Source: Gnetum montanum
Lineage: Eukaryota; Plantae; Gnetophyta
Direction of reading: 5' to 3'
Length of the DNA stretch: 64,000 bases
Assembly: GCA_015680685.1 (NCBI GenBank)
Contig: MNCI01000535.1
Span: forward strand, 93,844 to 157,843
The notes under the pieces were generated by a model. That model was not told where the DNA came from. It searched no databases and saw only the letters and a program-made list of their open reading frames with translations. The position numbers and the translations under genes are program-made. This document shows positions 53,201 through 64,000 of the stretch, one piece after another (the first letter of the stretch is position 1; each line of letters begins with the position of its first letter).

Positions 53201-53344
53201 ACTGGAGGTGACTAGATTCCACGGCCTGTAGCTTGGTTTCCTGAAGGTAGACCATATCACAATTCTCCTCTCTGACAATACGGCGCAGGGTATTTCGTTT
53301 ATAGGGGGTACTCTGCCCCTGCAGTTTCAACTGAAAATCTTCAT
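50230..53344 (-). pseudogene. LINE ORF2 core: APE endonuclease, reverse transcriptase, zf-RVT
   Basis: Starts MKIFS*NCRG at 53344. EN: LQETK, WVVVGDFN, FTWSN, SRIDQV, SDH, PFWFETTW. RT: KAPGPDG, KLDIAKAYDTLSW, GLRQGDPLSPLLF, YADD, YLGIP, GGLGV. zf-RVT: WQEIWRGQLPEKVKMFLW..CSRCGTSSETLTH, followed by LWHAWKVRN. Confidence 0.96.
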
Positions 53345-55033
53345 GCGCAACCAGAGGTGTGGCGTTGGTAGACCTCCCGTAAGGTTTGTTGTTGACCCAA
53401 GTCGATGTGTCGTTGGGCTTGTCGACTTCTAGACTGGGACTCCGTCGGGCGGCCTGGGCGCCCCTCCCCCTCGCGGACCACAGGAGTGCAGCCAGCTACC
53501 TCAGCTGGGGACTGCGACGCCTTGTGCTGTCGGGTCCGGGTGCTCCTCCGAATGACGTTGACCCATTCTCCCAGCGGGGGAAGCACTGGTTCTGGTTCGG
53601 GTGGGTGTGGTTGGTGAGTGGTGGCTGGTGATTGGGAGCGGTGGGGAGTCTTGGCGGGGGACCTGTGGGTGGTAGTNNNNNNNNNNNNNNNNNNNNNNNN
53701 NNNNNNNNNNNNNNNNNNNNNNNNNNNNNNNNNNNNNNNNNNNNNNNNNNNNNNNNNNNNNNNNNNNNNNNNNNNNNNNNNNNNNNNNNNNNNNNNNNNN
53801 NNNNNNNNNNNNNNNNNNNNNNNNNNNNNNNNNNNNNNNNNNNNNNNNNNNNNNNNNNNNNNNNNNNNNNNNNNNNNNNNNNNNNNNNNNNNNNNNNNNN
53901 NNNNNNNNNNNNNNNNNNNNNNNNNNNNNNNNNNNNNNNNNNNNNNNNNNNNNNNNNNNNNNNNNNNNNNNNNNNNNNNNNNNNNNNNNNNNNNNNNNNN
54001 NNNNNNNNNNNNNNNNNNNNNNNNNGAGGGGGCCTTGGGGGGCGTGGGTGTGTGTGCGGGGGCATGGGGGGGATGGGTGGTTGGGTGGGGGGCGCAGGCG
54101 TCCCTTACGGCCCCTGGTGACATAGTTTCCCTCCTCGAAAAGCTGGCGGGCCAGGTTATTCGATCGGGGCCTGCGAAATCGACAATTTGCCTTGCGATGG
54201 CTCGGCTTACCATAGCACCCGCAGCCATCAAGCTGGTCCGTCCGGGGGGCCGCGCCATGCAGCGTATGATCCGTAGTGTCCATGTTTTCATAGGTAATTT
54301 GGAGGGATTCCTCCCCCCCTGGGAGTTCCAAGAAGACCTCCCGGACGAAGTCGGTCGCCGCCAGGGTTCGCCAGACACAGAAACGGGAAAAGCCCATCTG
54401 TTCCAGCGACCTTGTGACCCTGTCGAAGGCGATGAACTCACCGAAGTGTCCCGTCACCTCCTGCAAGAACTCAAGACTCCATAGCTCCCACGGGATGTCG
54501 GCCACCTGGATCCAGACTGGGGCACGGGTAAACAGATCGGGTTCTCTGTGGGCACCGGGGTGCCAGGGGGTCAAAGCGAGGCCACGGGCCCCATAGAACC
54601 AAGGCCCGCCGAGAAGAAAGGAGTTGCAAGCCTGCAAGGAGGGGAGGACAAAGAGGAGCAGATCCTCCGAGAGGCTCCGGACAGTAACGTCCTCGATTTT
54701 CCACTGCTCCTTAACCCAACGGCAAATCAGGTCAAGCCGAGGACGACTCCCCCAGGAGATGAAGCGGCCGATGAGGCTTCGTTCCATGGTATGAACGCCT
54801 TCGGTAGGGGGGTGGCAGATGCGAAGGCGTAGGGTGTTCTCGGAATAGGAATGAGCTGCGATGGTTCCTCCAGTGGCTGCGGCCGCCATGGCATCCGTCG
54901 CCGCGGTCGTGGTCTCAGGGGGCACTATCCCAGTGGTCGCTATCGCCGTAGTCGCTACCGTGGTTGCTACATCCGCCGAGGTTGCCACTGCCGTGGTTGC
55001 TGCAACGGTTGCCACTGCCGTGGTTGCTGCCAC
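53341..55033 (-). pseudogene. LINE ORF1 (DUF4283/RRM-like region plus degenerate zinc knuckle), interrupted by a gap
   Basis: SLIGRF..WVKEQW..LLFVL..GGPWFY..LTPWHP..PVWIQVADIPWELWS..FSRFCV..ITYEN; knuckle CGCYGKPSHRKANC (second Cys changed to Tyr). The C-terminal part (EWVNVIRR..SGCA*) ends at TGA 53343-53341. True start uncertain. Confidence 0.92.
53677..54025. other. Assembly gap in the low-complexity Pro/His-rich part of ORF1
   Basis: Run of N. Confidence 0.99.
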
Positions 55034-55085
55034 CGTGGTTGCGGCCGCCGTGGTTGCTGCCGTGGTTGCTGCCGCCGTGGTTGCT
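54940..55085 (-). repeat. 12-15 bp tandem units (GCCGTGGTTGCT) at the LINE 5' end
   Basis: About 8-10 variants of (GCC)GCCGTGGTTGCT, most regular at the terminus. Confidence 0.85.
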
Positions 55086-56041
55086 CACATCATACGTTTA
55101 CAAAAGTGATGATCACTAATCTAAAATTTTACTTTACATTCACTAAAATGATTTTCTGTTTATGGCACTCATTTTAGAATTATTTTTACATAATTTCTTC
55201 AAATCGTATCCATTAGAATTGAACCTGTGACTTCAGCATATACCAAAATTAGAGAGGTAGGCAAGAATTTTTATATTCTGTGGATTTAAACTATTTTATC
55301 TTATCTTGATAGACTTCAATCGGGAGCTTAGTCATTCTCACTGTCTGGTCGAAAGAAATCATTTGTAAATGTAACTTTTTAAAAGGTATTCATGCATCCT
55401 TGAAAACAACAATATGTCATTGTTCATAATTTAAAAGCTAGCAGACAATAAAAAATTTTAAATTATGGGTTATTGATACAGCATTATAGTTATAACACTA
55501 GAAGCATATGAGGTAAAAGGTATTACATGCATTAAATATGCAGATGATGAAGGACTTGCTGAAGATATTATTCTATTTGAAATTACTTATCTAAAACCAA
55601 GTGAAAAACATGTACCTGAGTTCTCTCTTGATGTAATTGATTTGCAGTTATCAAGGAGTGCTATATAAAACATATTTCTCGGAGGTGGAGGCTTTTCTTG
55701 CGTTTCCTCGAGTGAAATTGTATCACAAAGGGTTAATAACATCTATGTAAGAACATGCTTGTTTCTCGGTTGAAATTTCATATTGATGTGACGCTTATAT
55801 ATCCACCCCATGTTCCTTAGGACCAAGATAATTGCTATAGCTGATTAATTCATTGCATAAAAAAGTACATGCTTGTTGGACTTGGTAATAATAGAACATA
55901 TGTGGGAGGAAGTGCTATACACAACGAGGTAATAGGGTCAGTGAATGATATGTTTTTAGTAAGGAAAACATATATATTTCATTTAGATTTTTAAAGTTTA
56001 AAAGCATGTACTTATTAAATATATTGATTGCAACTCTTTCA

Positions 56042-56062
56042 ATATATATATATATATATATA
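56042..56062. repeat. (AT)n microsatellite
   Basis: Direct observation. Confidence 0.9.
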
Positions 56063-56591
56063 TTCACAGCAATTATAAATTTTATAATTTTTTTCTTTTA
56101 TGCATGTATCCTAAGGCTTTTCAATCTCAATTTCAGAGACAACCTTTTACTTTCTTGTATTCCTCATTTAACGAAACTGAGGCTTAAAGTTATCTTTTTA
56201 TCGGAAAAACACCGTGATTGAGTTGCAAGTAGCAATTTTCTTGGCTTATATATGGTAATCTTCGTGCAGGTAAATTTTCTTAGAGATCAACCTAAATCAC
56301 AAATTTTGGATGTTAATAAATTTCTATGAATTTGGAGGAAGCAATCATTAATTCAGAATCCATGCATTAATACCAAAAAAAATAAATTACATTATATCTT
56401 CCCCTCAACGCTCAACATTAGTTGGCAGGTGTAAGACATTGCCGGGCATAATTTATTGACTACATAATACCATATCCTCCTTATTTTGGGCCTATTGATG
56501 GTAATGCTGAAATATGATTCAAACATGATAGCATGGGCTACATTAACAATGATATGGATGATATCCCATGAGCACAGTTGCCTGATCATAA

Positions 56592-56963
56592 TCAGGCATA
56601 GGAGCACATGCCATAGACACAGAGAGATCCGCTGCTGCAGCGATTGCTGCAGTGGCCGCAGTTGTTGATGTCATCGGCAAGGTTGGTGCAGATGCCGTTG
56701 CAGCAGGTGGTTGGAAACTTGCACTTCTCACCGCACATTCCACAATTCTTATTATCGGAGAGAAGGTCCACGCACTTGTTGTGGCAGCATGAGTCGGGGG
56801 CGCACACGCTAGGATTCCTGTTGCATTTCAAATTCTTCGTGGAAGCATATTCCCCAAGCAATCCGCTCAGAGAGGGCGAGGATGATGGATTGGGATCAGG
56901 ATTGGCCATTGAAGACACTATTGCTACCAAAAATGCAACCACAACAATCATCTTTGGCAGCAT
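56592..56963 (-). CDS. Stigma-specific STIG1-family secreted cysteine-rich protein (123 aa, single exon, intact)
   Basis: Hydrophobic signal peptide (MIVVVAFLVAIVSSMA) followed by the STIG1 Cys pattern CC.NKCVDLLSD.KNCG.CG.KC....CC.G.C.NL..D..NCG.C...C..G..C.YGMCSYA*. No disruptions, CpGs retained, upstream TATA box. Confidence 0.93.
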   Translation of the reverse strand: MLPKMIVVVAFLVAIVSSMANPDPNPSSSPSLSGLLGEYASTKNLKCNRNPSVCAPDSCCHNKCVDLLSDNKNCGMCGEKCKFPTTCCNGICTNLADDINNCGHCSNRCSSGSLCVYGMCSYA

Positions 56964-57088
56964 TTTGGGAGTTGATGATCTTGAACGTGGATTGGTCTTG
57001 TGGATTCCGAGACGGTTTATGGGAAGTTGGGAATACAGAAATCTGGGAGCAGGGAAGAAATGCCAATGCAGAGATGGTGAATTTCAGC

Positions 57089-57098
57089 TTTATATATA
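57089..57098 (-). promoter_or_regulatory. Probable TATA box of the STIG1-like gene
   Basis: Minus strand TATATATAAA about 125 nt upstream of the ATG. Confidence 0.6.
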
Positions 57099-58079
57099 GA
57101 TGATGTAGTCTGTTTTGCTCAAGGTACAGGAAAATAACGTTTGAAATATGGTTGGGACGTCTGCTGCTACCACCACATGGCATCGTTGAACTAGGAAACC
57201 TTTCATAACAAGGAAACCCGTTTAGGGAATAAAGAAACGAGAATATGCAGCGCCAGGGAGGTGCATGGGCGATAATGTGAACCTACGAAGCTTCTTGCCT
57301 GTGTGCACACGGAAAATGTGTTCAGTGCACCAGCACTGTCTGCATCTGAAGAAAACTACTAAGAGAAGCTTGCTACATGAGCACATGAGCAAAGAGACGA
57401 CATGCAGCGATGTGGAAAGAAAAAGCCCAAATCAGTGTAATTTCAGCAACATTTTGACAATGATCGCACCCCATGGGCAGATAGCATGCATTGTTAAAAA
57501 TGTCAACATCCACCAAACAGATGATTTCATTTTATGTTATCATTTGTAGAGTCTGCTGTCTGCAGGAACAGTTAACCAAAAATGGTGGTTGAACTGGTTG
57601 GTTTCGTGACGTCTGAGAAGTTAGTTAACGGTAACGTTACGATGAAAATATGATTTTTTTTATTTAAATTGTTTTTCCTTACTTCTTTTATCTTTAAATC
57701 AATTTATAGATGGGGCCGATGAAACATTAATCTTTTAAAATATTGCATTTGCTTTGTTAAAATGTGGATTACAGTGTACTTCTAACATTCATGAATCTCA
57801 AGCATTTATCCATCGTAAAGATTTATGCCATTTTGCAGATGAAATAGTTTATTTTCAGGGTATGAAAAGCTTTTCAAGCTTCAGCATTTCAGAACAATTA
57901 TGAATAATCAAAGAACCCATCTGCACAGTTGCATTTGCAAGGTCACAAACAAGTAAAAGCAGCAAAATCAATGTTCTACTCTGATCTGCTGGTGCTTGTC
58001 CTCCATGCAACAGTAGCTTTTGTGAAACTAACACAAAATCAGCAATGTCTTCCCTGTAAAACAGGATTGGGCGCTGAGA

Positions 58080-58179
58080 CGGATCCAGCTTCCTTGGCAG
58101 GAAAAGAACAATAATGTCAACTCTGAAGCGGATCCAGCTTCCTTGGCAGGAAAAGAACAATAATGTCAACTCTGAAGCG
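58080..58179. repeat. Perfect 49-bp tandem duplication
   Basis: GGATCCAGCTTCCTTGGCAGGAAAAGAACAATAATGTCAACTCTGAAGC twice. Confidence 0.95.
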
Positions 58180-60799
58180 TCAAGCATTTGCAAAATGAAG
58201 AATACCTGCATCAATGTCTGATTGCAGAAATGTAGGCATGGAAAGTTGTGACAAGGGCACATGAACAAAGACTTTCGTGCACCATCATGGAAAAGAACCG
58301 TAATAATGAAGCAATGCAAAAATTTAATTATGATAGAATTAGCTGTACAATGTTTAAAAATTGTATTTCTAATAATGGTATTCATGCTGAATTACAGCTA
58401 TTTCACGGTGGATCATATTCATTTGAGATGTTAATCTACAAATGCCTTATCCATGTTGTTTCTCTTTTACTAGAACATGTTTGCCACAATTTTTCTTCCA
58501 TTGTTTAACTCAACATTGCGCATGAATGAGTCTCTTGACATTGGTTTAACTCTAGAATTTTTTTGAGTTTACAGTCTAATTGTTGGTTAGCTCATGATGG
58601 AATGAGAATTTAATATCATTCCAAACAAAATGATGTATGACTTTTAANATTCCTATATTTTTTTTTCTCTTGCCTTGGAATTCTTTTATTATATGCTACA
58701 GTCAGTTTTAGTGCTTTTGTAGCTATGTATTAAGGTTCTCATTGTCGATTTATCTTTGTACGATTCATTTTAAAGTAATTATCATAGAGCCTTTTGGTGT
58801 TTTCCTATCTATTCAGTTCTTTGATTATGTCTGTGGTTTTATCAGGCAAAGGCCATGGATATACCTTGGAATGTTTGTAACATCTACCAAAATTGATAAG
58901 AAGGAAGATATAACTACAACTATAGAAGATGAGGATGCTCGTCCATCAGCATACCCATCGTAATTGCTAGATAATGTCCTGATAGCGACAAAGCATGAGA
59001 AGGAGGAAATATTGTTAAGAGACATTTCTCAAGTGGGAAGAGAAGCAAAGATTAATATTCATAATTTTTCCTAAAACATAGTGATGCCTTGAGTATGTCT
59101 GGAATCAACAATATCCTACATACAAACCCAAACAATGAGCTCACCACTTTAGCTACTTTTTAGAAGCACTTTAACTTCCTCTAACAACCATTCAAACTAC
59201 TTCTAACAACCATTGTTATATCAATCTCTTTTTAGAAGTTTGTTTGTTTGTTTGTTTTTTACTTTGTCTTTGGCCTTCTTTGATTTGTTTCTCCTTGTTT
59301 ATTTTTTTCATTTTTTTTGTGATCTTGTTTTCTATTTTTATAGCTTTTAGAACATTTCCCTAGCATGATTCAGAAGACTTACGCTAGCTATCCTAATCAA
59401 CTTACTATAGTTAACATGACATACTCATACTAATGTGATCAACTTAGCCTAACTAGGTTAACATGATTAAGGAAGCCTAACTAGGTTGACATGATTAAGA
59501 TAGCATAATCAAGATGACATAATCAACTTTACTTAACCAAGATTGTATGACATGTGACATGTTCAAGTTGTCTTTGCTAAGCTTGCATGATCATTCAAGT
59601 TTAACCAAGTTGGTGTACTCATTGTCAAGCAACCAGGTTGGTGTGATCAAGTTGGCTAAACTAGGCTAGCTAGAAAGAATACAAAAAAAATATTGAACAA
59701 AAGAAATCTTAACTAGAACATAAAAAAATATAGCAAAAATATTGGGAGAAATAAAATATAAAGAAAACATTATAGAAGAATACGTTGGGAACAAGCTAGA
59801 GTCGCAAGGAGGAAGGGAAAAGAAAAGAAGCAAAAACAAAAATGCTAAAAAGTAAAGAAGATTATGATATTATTTATTGGTACTTAAGTACGACTGTTAG
59901 CTAGCCTCTTAACCAAAATTATTTATCTCTACGATCCACATTGAAAAGGCTGACCTAAGCAATAAGATTTCAATTTCAATTTCATCTATATCTATATATT
60001 AATTCATGGTGACCCTTTTAACCAAATAGGTGACTTGAGAACGTAATGTTTACCATGCCTACTATCATGCCTGAAACTTACATTCTATAACTCTTATCTA
60101 CTACATCTATTAATACTTTCTAAGGTAGAGAGCACCAGGAATCCTACAAGAGACTCATGTATATGAACAACAAATCCAAGAAGTGTAGAAACATTAAATG
60201 AATCCTCAAGTTACTTTTTATTATTGAATATGATTTTTGGATATATTTCCCATAATGGAGGTTATATCTTACATGCAGCAACTATCTATAAACTGCCGCC
60301 AATTTGGCAAATCTTGGACCAAATTGCTCAAAGTATGAATGGCCTGAATCGAACTTTTATACGATCCTAGAGGTAGCAATCCTAAATGCCCATCTTGATA
60401 TAATTACAAACGAGTTAGTACAGTAGATATATCATTCTATCAATTCTATGTGATTACATATTGATGAGAACCAGAGAGAGATAGCCATGGTTACTTTAAT
60501 GATGAGTGATAGTGCAATGCGAGGTTTTCAAAAGAAAATGGCTCACTTGCAAACCACAAGAGCCGAGATGAAATTTCAAATATTTTAAAGGGTTGTAAAT
60601 GGTGAAAATTTAAAATGACACAGGTTGACCCGTTGACTGAGTCGTTCACTGAATCCCAATTCATTTTCAGAAAAGCTAGTGACTTGCAAAGTCTAAGTCT
60701 CCTAAATACGCAAGACTGAAAACTCTCAGAGATCAGCCCAAAGAAAATGCTTGAGCCTTGTTGCAAGTGTGATTCAAAATGAGATACCAATAGTAGAGT

Positions 60800-61097
60800 C
60801 CTGCAGTTGATCTGACATCGGTTGCCACAGCTACTACATTTGACGTCATGGGAAACAATGGCACAGATGCCTTTGCAACAGTGGGTTGCAAACTTGCACT
60901 TATTACCACACCTTCTACAATTCTTGTTATTTGAAAAGAGGTCCGTGTATTTGTCATGGTAGGTTTTTTTTTTCACTTCTTTTTCTTCAAAGAGTATGGC
61001 ATTTAGGAAGACAAAAGAGGTAACTTCTTGCATGTCCCATAAAAGTGGCATCCAGCATTGAGGCCATTGCTACCACAAACATGATTCTTTGCAACAT
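60800..61097 (-). pseudogene. STIG1-family pseudogene (copy B)
   Basis: ATG at 61097 starts MLQRIMFVVAMASML; stop and frameshift around an A-run; then DLFSNNKNCRRCGNKCKFATHCCKGICAIVSHDVKCSSCGNRC. Lacks the YGMC.YA ending. Confidence 0.8.
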
Positions 61098-62309
61098 TTT
61101 AAGTAGCTATGGTTCAACAATTTTTTGTTGGATAGAAAAGCCAGAAAAACATGTATTAATCTAACAATACAAATATACAAAAAAAATTGTCACATCCCCA
61201 AAAATCGTATTTAGAAAATTAGTTGTAACTAAACTATTCATGGTGCATGATAAATAAAATTTAATCACTTGGAAAATGTTTATGTTTGTTAACACTTATA
61301 AATATAGCCATATAAAAAGACCACTTGAAACTTAGTAATGTAAAATTACTTGAGAAATCCACATCAGCACATTTATACCCAAATAGGTCTCATTACAACG
61401 TATCATCAAAATTTAATAAAAAATCTAAATTTATGTCCAAAAAATTACATAATCTATTGAATAGCCAAAAACATAAAATGAAATATAACAAAAATTAATC
61501 TTAAGCTAATGTTAATCCTTCATCCAACTTCTCTTTGTCCACCTCCAAAGCTTCTTGCTAAATGTGCATACAACACATGTAAGAACAGTAAGAACACATT
61601 CACAGTAACTAAAATCCACCTTGAAACTTCTTGAAGAAGATTGAAAGTTAGGGATATTGTTGCAAGGTACACTGTTAAAAGCAATAACAATTACAAATTA
61701 ACGTATTTGTTAATTAATACCATTAACACTACTATTAATATCTATAATTAACCCATGAATTACCATAGGATCCCCTAGTATTCCTATAAGGTTTACAACA
61801 TCAAATGTTTAGAATGACTATAACGTTGATACTATTTTAACTAGATACCAATGACTGTGTGATGTAATATCTCACTTATGTAAGCTAACCTCATGTATGA
61901 AAATGTTCAACTACTGGATACAACCCCCAAGCAATGTCGATTTTTAACTGTTGGATTACATTATGACTAATGTCAACCCTATGATTATCCTACATCCTAG
62001 TTCCTCACTACCTTCCTAAATAAGGTCTATTATTACCTACAACATTATTAAATTAATCAATTACTCTGAAATCAACCTAAATGACCAACCAACCATTTCC
62101 ATACTAGTTTTCGTCTTCCATTAGGTTGAAAGGAAACTCAATCTAAATGACTAATCAAACTAATATCAATACTCCATAGCCTAAGAAAGATCCATCCATG
62201 GATTTGCCTATAATCAAACATACTAATGCTTGACCTATCTTCTTGAAGTTGTGATATGGAAGATCGTTGCATTCAAGTTGCCCTTCCAAAGTTATATGAT
62301 GTAGGAGTT

Positions 62310-64000
62310 TGATGAGGAGCTCCTATGGATTCCACAATTCAAGCACTCTGAAAGTTACGAAATAGAAAATTTGAAAAAGAAAAGGAAAATGAAAGCTTTA
62401 TTCTTGGTCAAATGGAGAATTTACATATGAAAGGAAGCATACATTCCCAAGGATAGATAAGGGATTTAAACAAACTCTTACACACTAAAACAAAGTAATC
62501 ACACACAGACAAGGATGATGATCAAGGCACCTTTTCGAGACTCTATCTCTTGTTTTACTCTTCTCTCAACTCCCTAGATTGTCTCTTGACTGAAATGAAG
62601 GTCCAAGGGCTCTATTTATATCCTTCTCCCCTATCTCTTCATCTTTCCTCTTTAACTTCAAGATTTAACTCTTTAAAAACTCATATAAAATCATCTCATG
62701 TCTATATGGGACATCTCAGAGGAGAATGTGAAGTCTCACCTTGGTGTAGGGACACCTCTTTCGATCCCCTTGTTCTACCCTACATTCTATGTGTTTTTTT
62801 GTTGATTTTTTTGAGGATGATTCTTGGGTATTTTGGCATGTTTGGAAGTGTTTCTGGCTTTGTTTGATACGTTTAGGAGGTTCCAGGATGTATGGGGACT
62901 TGTTGGGAGGTGTCTAGAGGCTCCCAGCATCAAAAGGAGCACTTTTATTTTTGGAACCTTCAAAAGAGACGTCTGCCTAGAAAGATAGATGTCTTCCCAA
63001 AGACATCTCCCATAAAGACTGGACATCTACAAAAAATAGTACACATCTTTCCTGAAAGCATGGATTTCACAGTAGACATCCTAGCAAAGATAGAGATGAC
63101 CTAGACATATGGGAAAACTTCCAAAAACATTGTTCCAATTCAAGAAATAGCCAATGAATTATAAAAATAATTGAGGAGAAGGTGAGACGAATTGGGAAAG
63201 AGTTGCAGAACCTCAAGCTTAGTTGAGGAAAGGTTTCTAGGGTTTTTACCTTCTAGTTGCTTATAAATATTAATGTAATCTATAGTGCCAAGTACCATAG
63301 TGCCAAGTGACGAAGTGCAAACAATGAAGGCCAAATATCCCAATAGAGGGTAAGAGAGAGAGAGCTCTTAAGGGAAGAGAGATTGTGCAAGGAAGTTAAG
63401 TGAGAGGCAAGGAAGAGCACTTGAGAGAGATTAGGAGAATCTCTTATAAGAGTCTTATCTTGACCTTGGGCTCCATTGTGAGTAATTAAGGATTGAAAGA
63501 GGACAAGTGTCGCCTCTAAGATCCTTGGGAGAGTTATGCGTTGAGCTTGGCTCCTCATCTTTGATGTAGTTTCTATGTATTTTAAGAATTATCTTAATAT
63601 AAAGGAGGCTTTCTCTATTTTATTGTGTTATTCTTATTTTCGAAGCTAGATCTGCTTAGAGTTGTGGATTGGGTCCTATTGGGGTATATTGAGGTGCAAC
63701 CCTTGCACCACACTTGAAGGCGGTCGTTAATAGCTGGGATGTCCTAAAATCATGTGGGATGTCTTAACTAGGATGTCTCAAGTCTAGCTGGGACATTCTA
63801 AATGTAGTTGGAATATCTCACCTACGATTGCGATATCTCACTTGCAACTGGGATGTCTCACCTTCCAAGACAAAACACAAAAATTCTCATTTTAATGTTT
63901 GAAATCTTTGAACATCTCCAAACAAGTTGTCATAGCCCCTGGAACCCCCTAAACACATTAAAATAATTCCAAAACACTACCAAACAAGCTAAAACTCTAC
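62310..64000 (-). mobile_element. Left LTR of the non-autonomous LTR element in duplication copy B (incomplete in window)
   Basis: Starts TGATGAGGAGCTCCTATGGATTCCACAAT, matching TGATGACGAGCTCCCATGGATTCCACAAT at 44016. Confidence 0.78.
62745..63712 (+). mobile_element. Solo LTR (copy B)
   Basis: TGTAGG...CCACA with TSD CTTGG / CTTGA. Confidence 0.78.

Larger units (their letters stand above)
48875..55085 (-). mobile_element. L1-clade LINE retrotransposon, near full length, GC-rich, with an unusual ORF2 C-terminal extension
   Basis: Sharp GC-rich island in AT-rich DNA. ORF1 (DUF4283-like plus knuckle) and ORF2 (APE endonuclease, RT, zf-RVT). The 5' junction at ~55085 is contiguous with host DNA; the 3' end falls in the gap. 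Confidence 0.95.
59521..64000 (+). repeat. Segmental duplication copy B (runs off the window end)
   Basis: Collinear with 38876-42837, plus ~510 bp (about 61885-62395) absent from copy A. Confidence 0.95.

Noticed and set aside
54851-55177. Cys-rich, metallothionein-like ORF (CCRG repeats)
   Set aside because: Antisense translation of the LINE 5' tandem repeat.
57855-58385. 176-aa ORF upstream of STIG1
   Set aside because: No recognisable domain, it runs through the 49-bp duplication, and its composition looks non-coding.

Overview
Eukaryotic (land-plant) repeat-rich scaffold with two N gaps and strong C>T decay in old repeats. 232-28505 is a degenerate Ty3/gypsy Tat-clade element (minus strand, archaeal-type RNase H between RH and INT, tRNA-Asn PBS). 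It has a full-length Athila-type element (13271-23194) nested in its protease and a ~5.3 kb intron-like protease-RT spacer carrying an antisense ORF. Next come tRNA-derived short repeats, a second truncated Athila copy, and a >=4 kb segmental duplication (38.9-42.8 kb / 59.5-64 kb) carrying STIG1-like pseudogenes, a small non-autonomous LTR element and a solo LTR. One intact secreted STIG1-family gene lies at 56592-56963. The most notable object is a GC-rich L1-type LINE (48875-55085, minus). After EN-RT-zf-RVT, its ORF2 frame continues for ~450 more codons through a 'putative plant transposon protein'-like domain normally seen in LTR-element extra ORFs, a Pro-rich linker, a coiled coil and a DnaJ/Hsp40 J-domain with an intact HPD motif. 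That J-domain is hidden from the ORF track by C>T stops and homopolymer frameshifts. All domain calls are by-eye motif recognition, not database searches.
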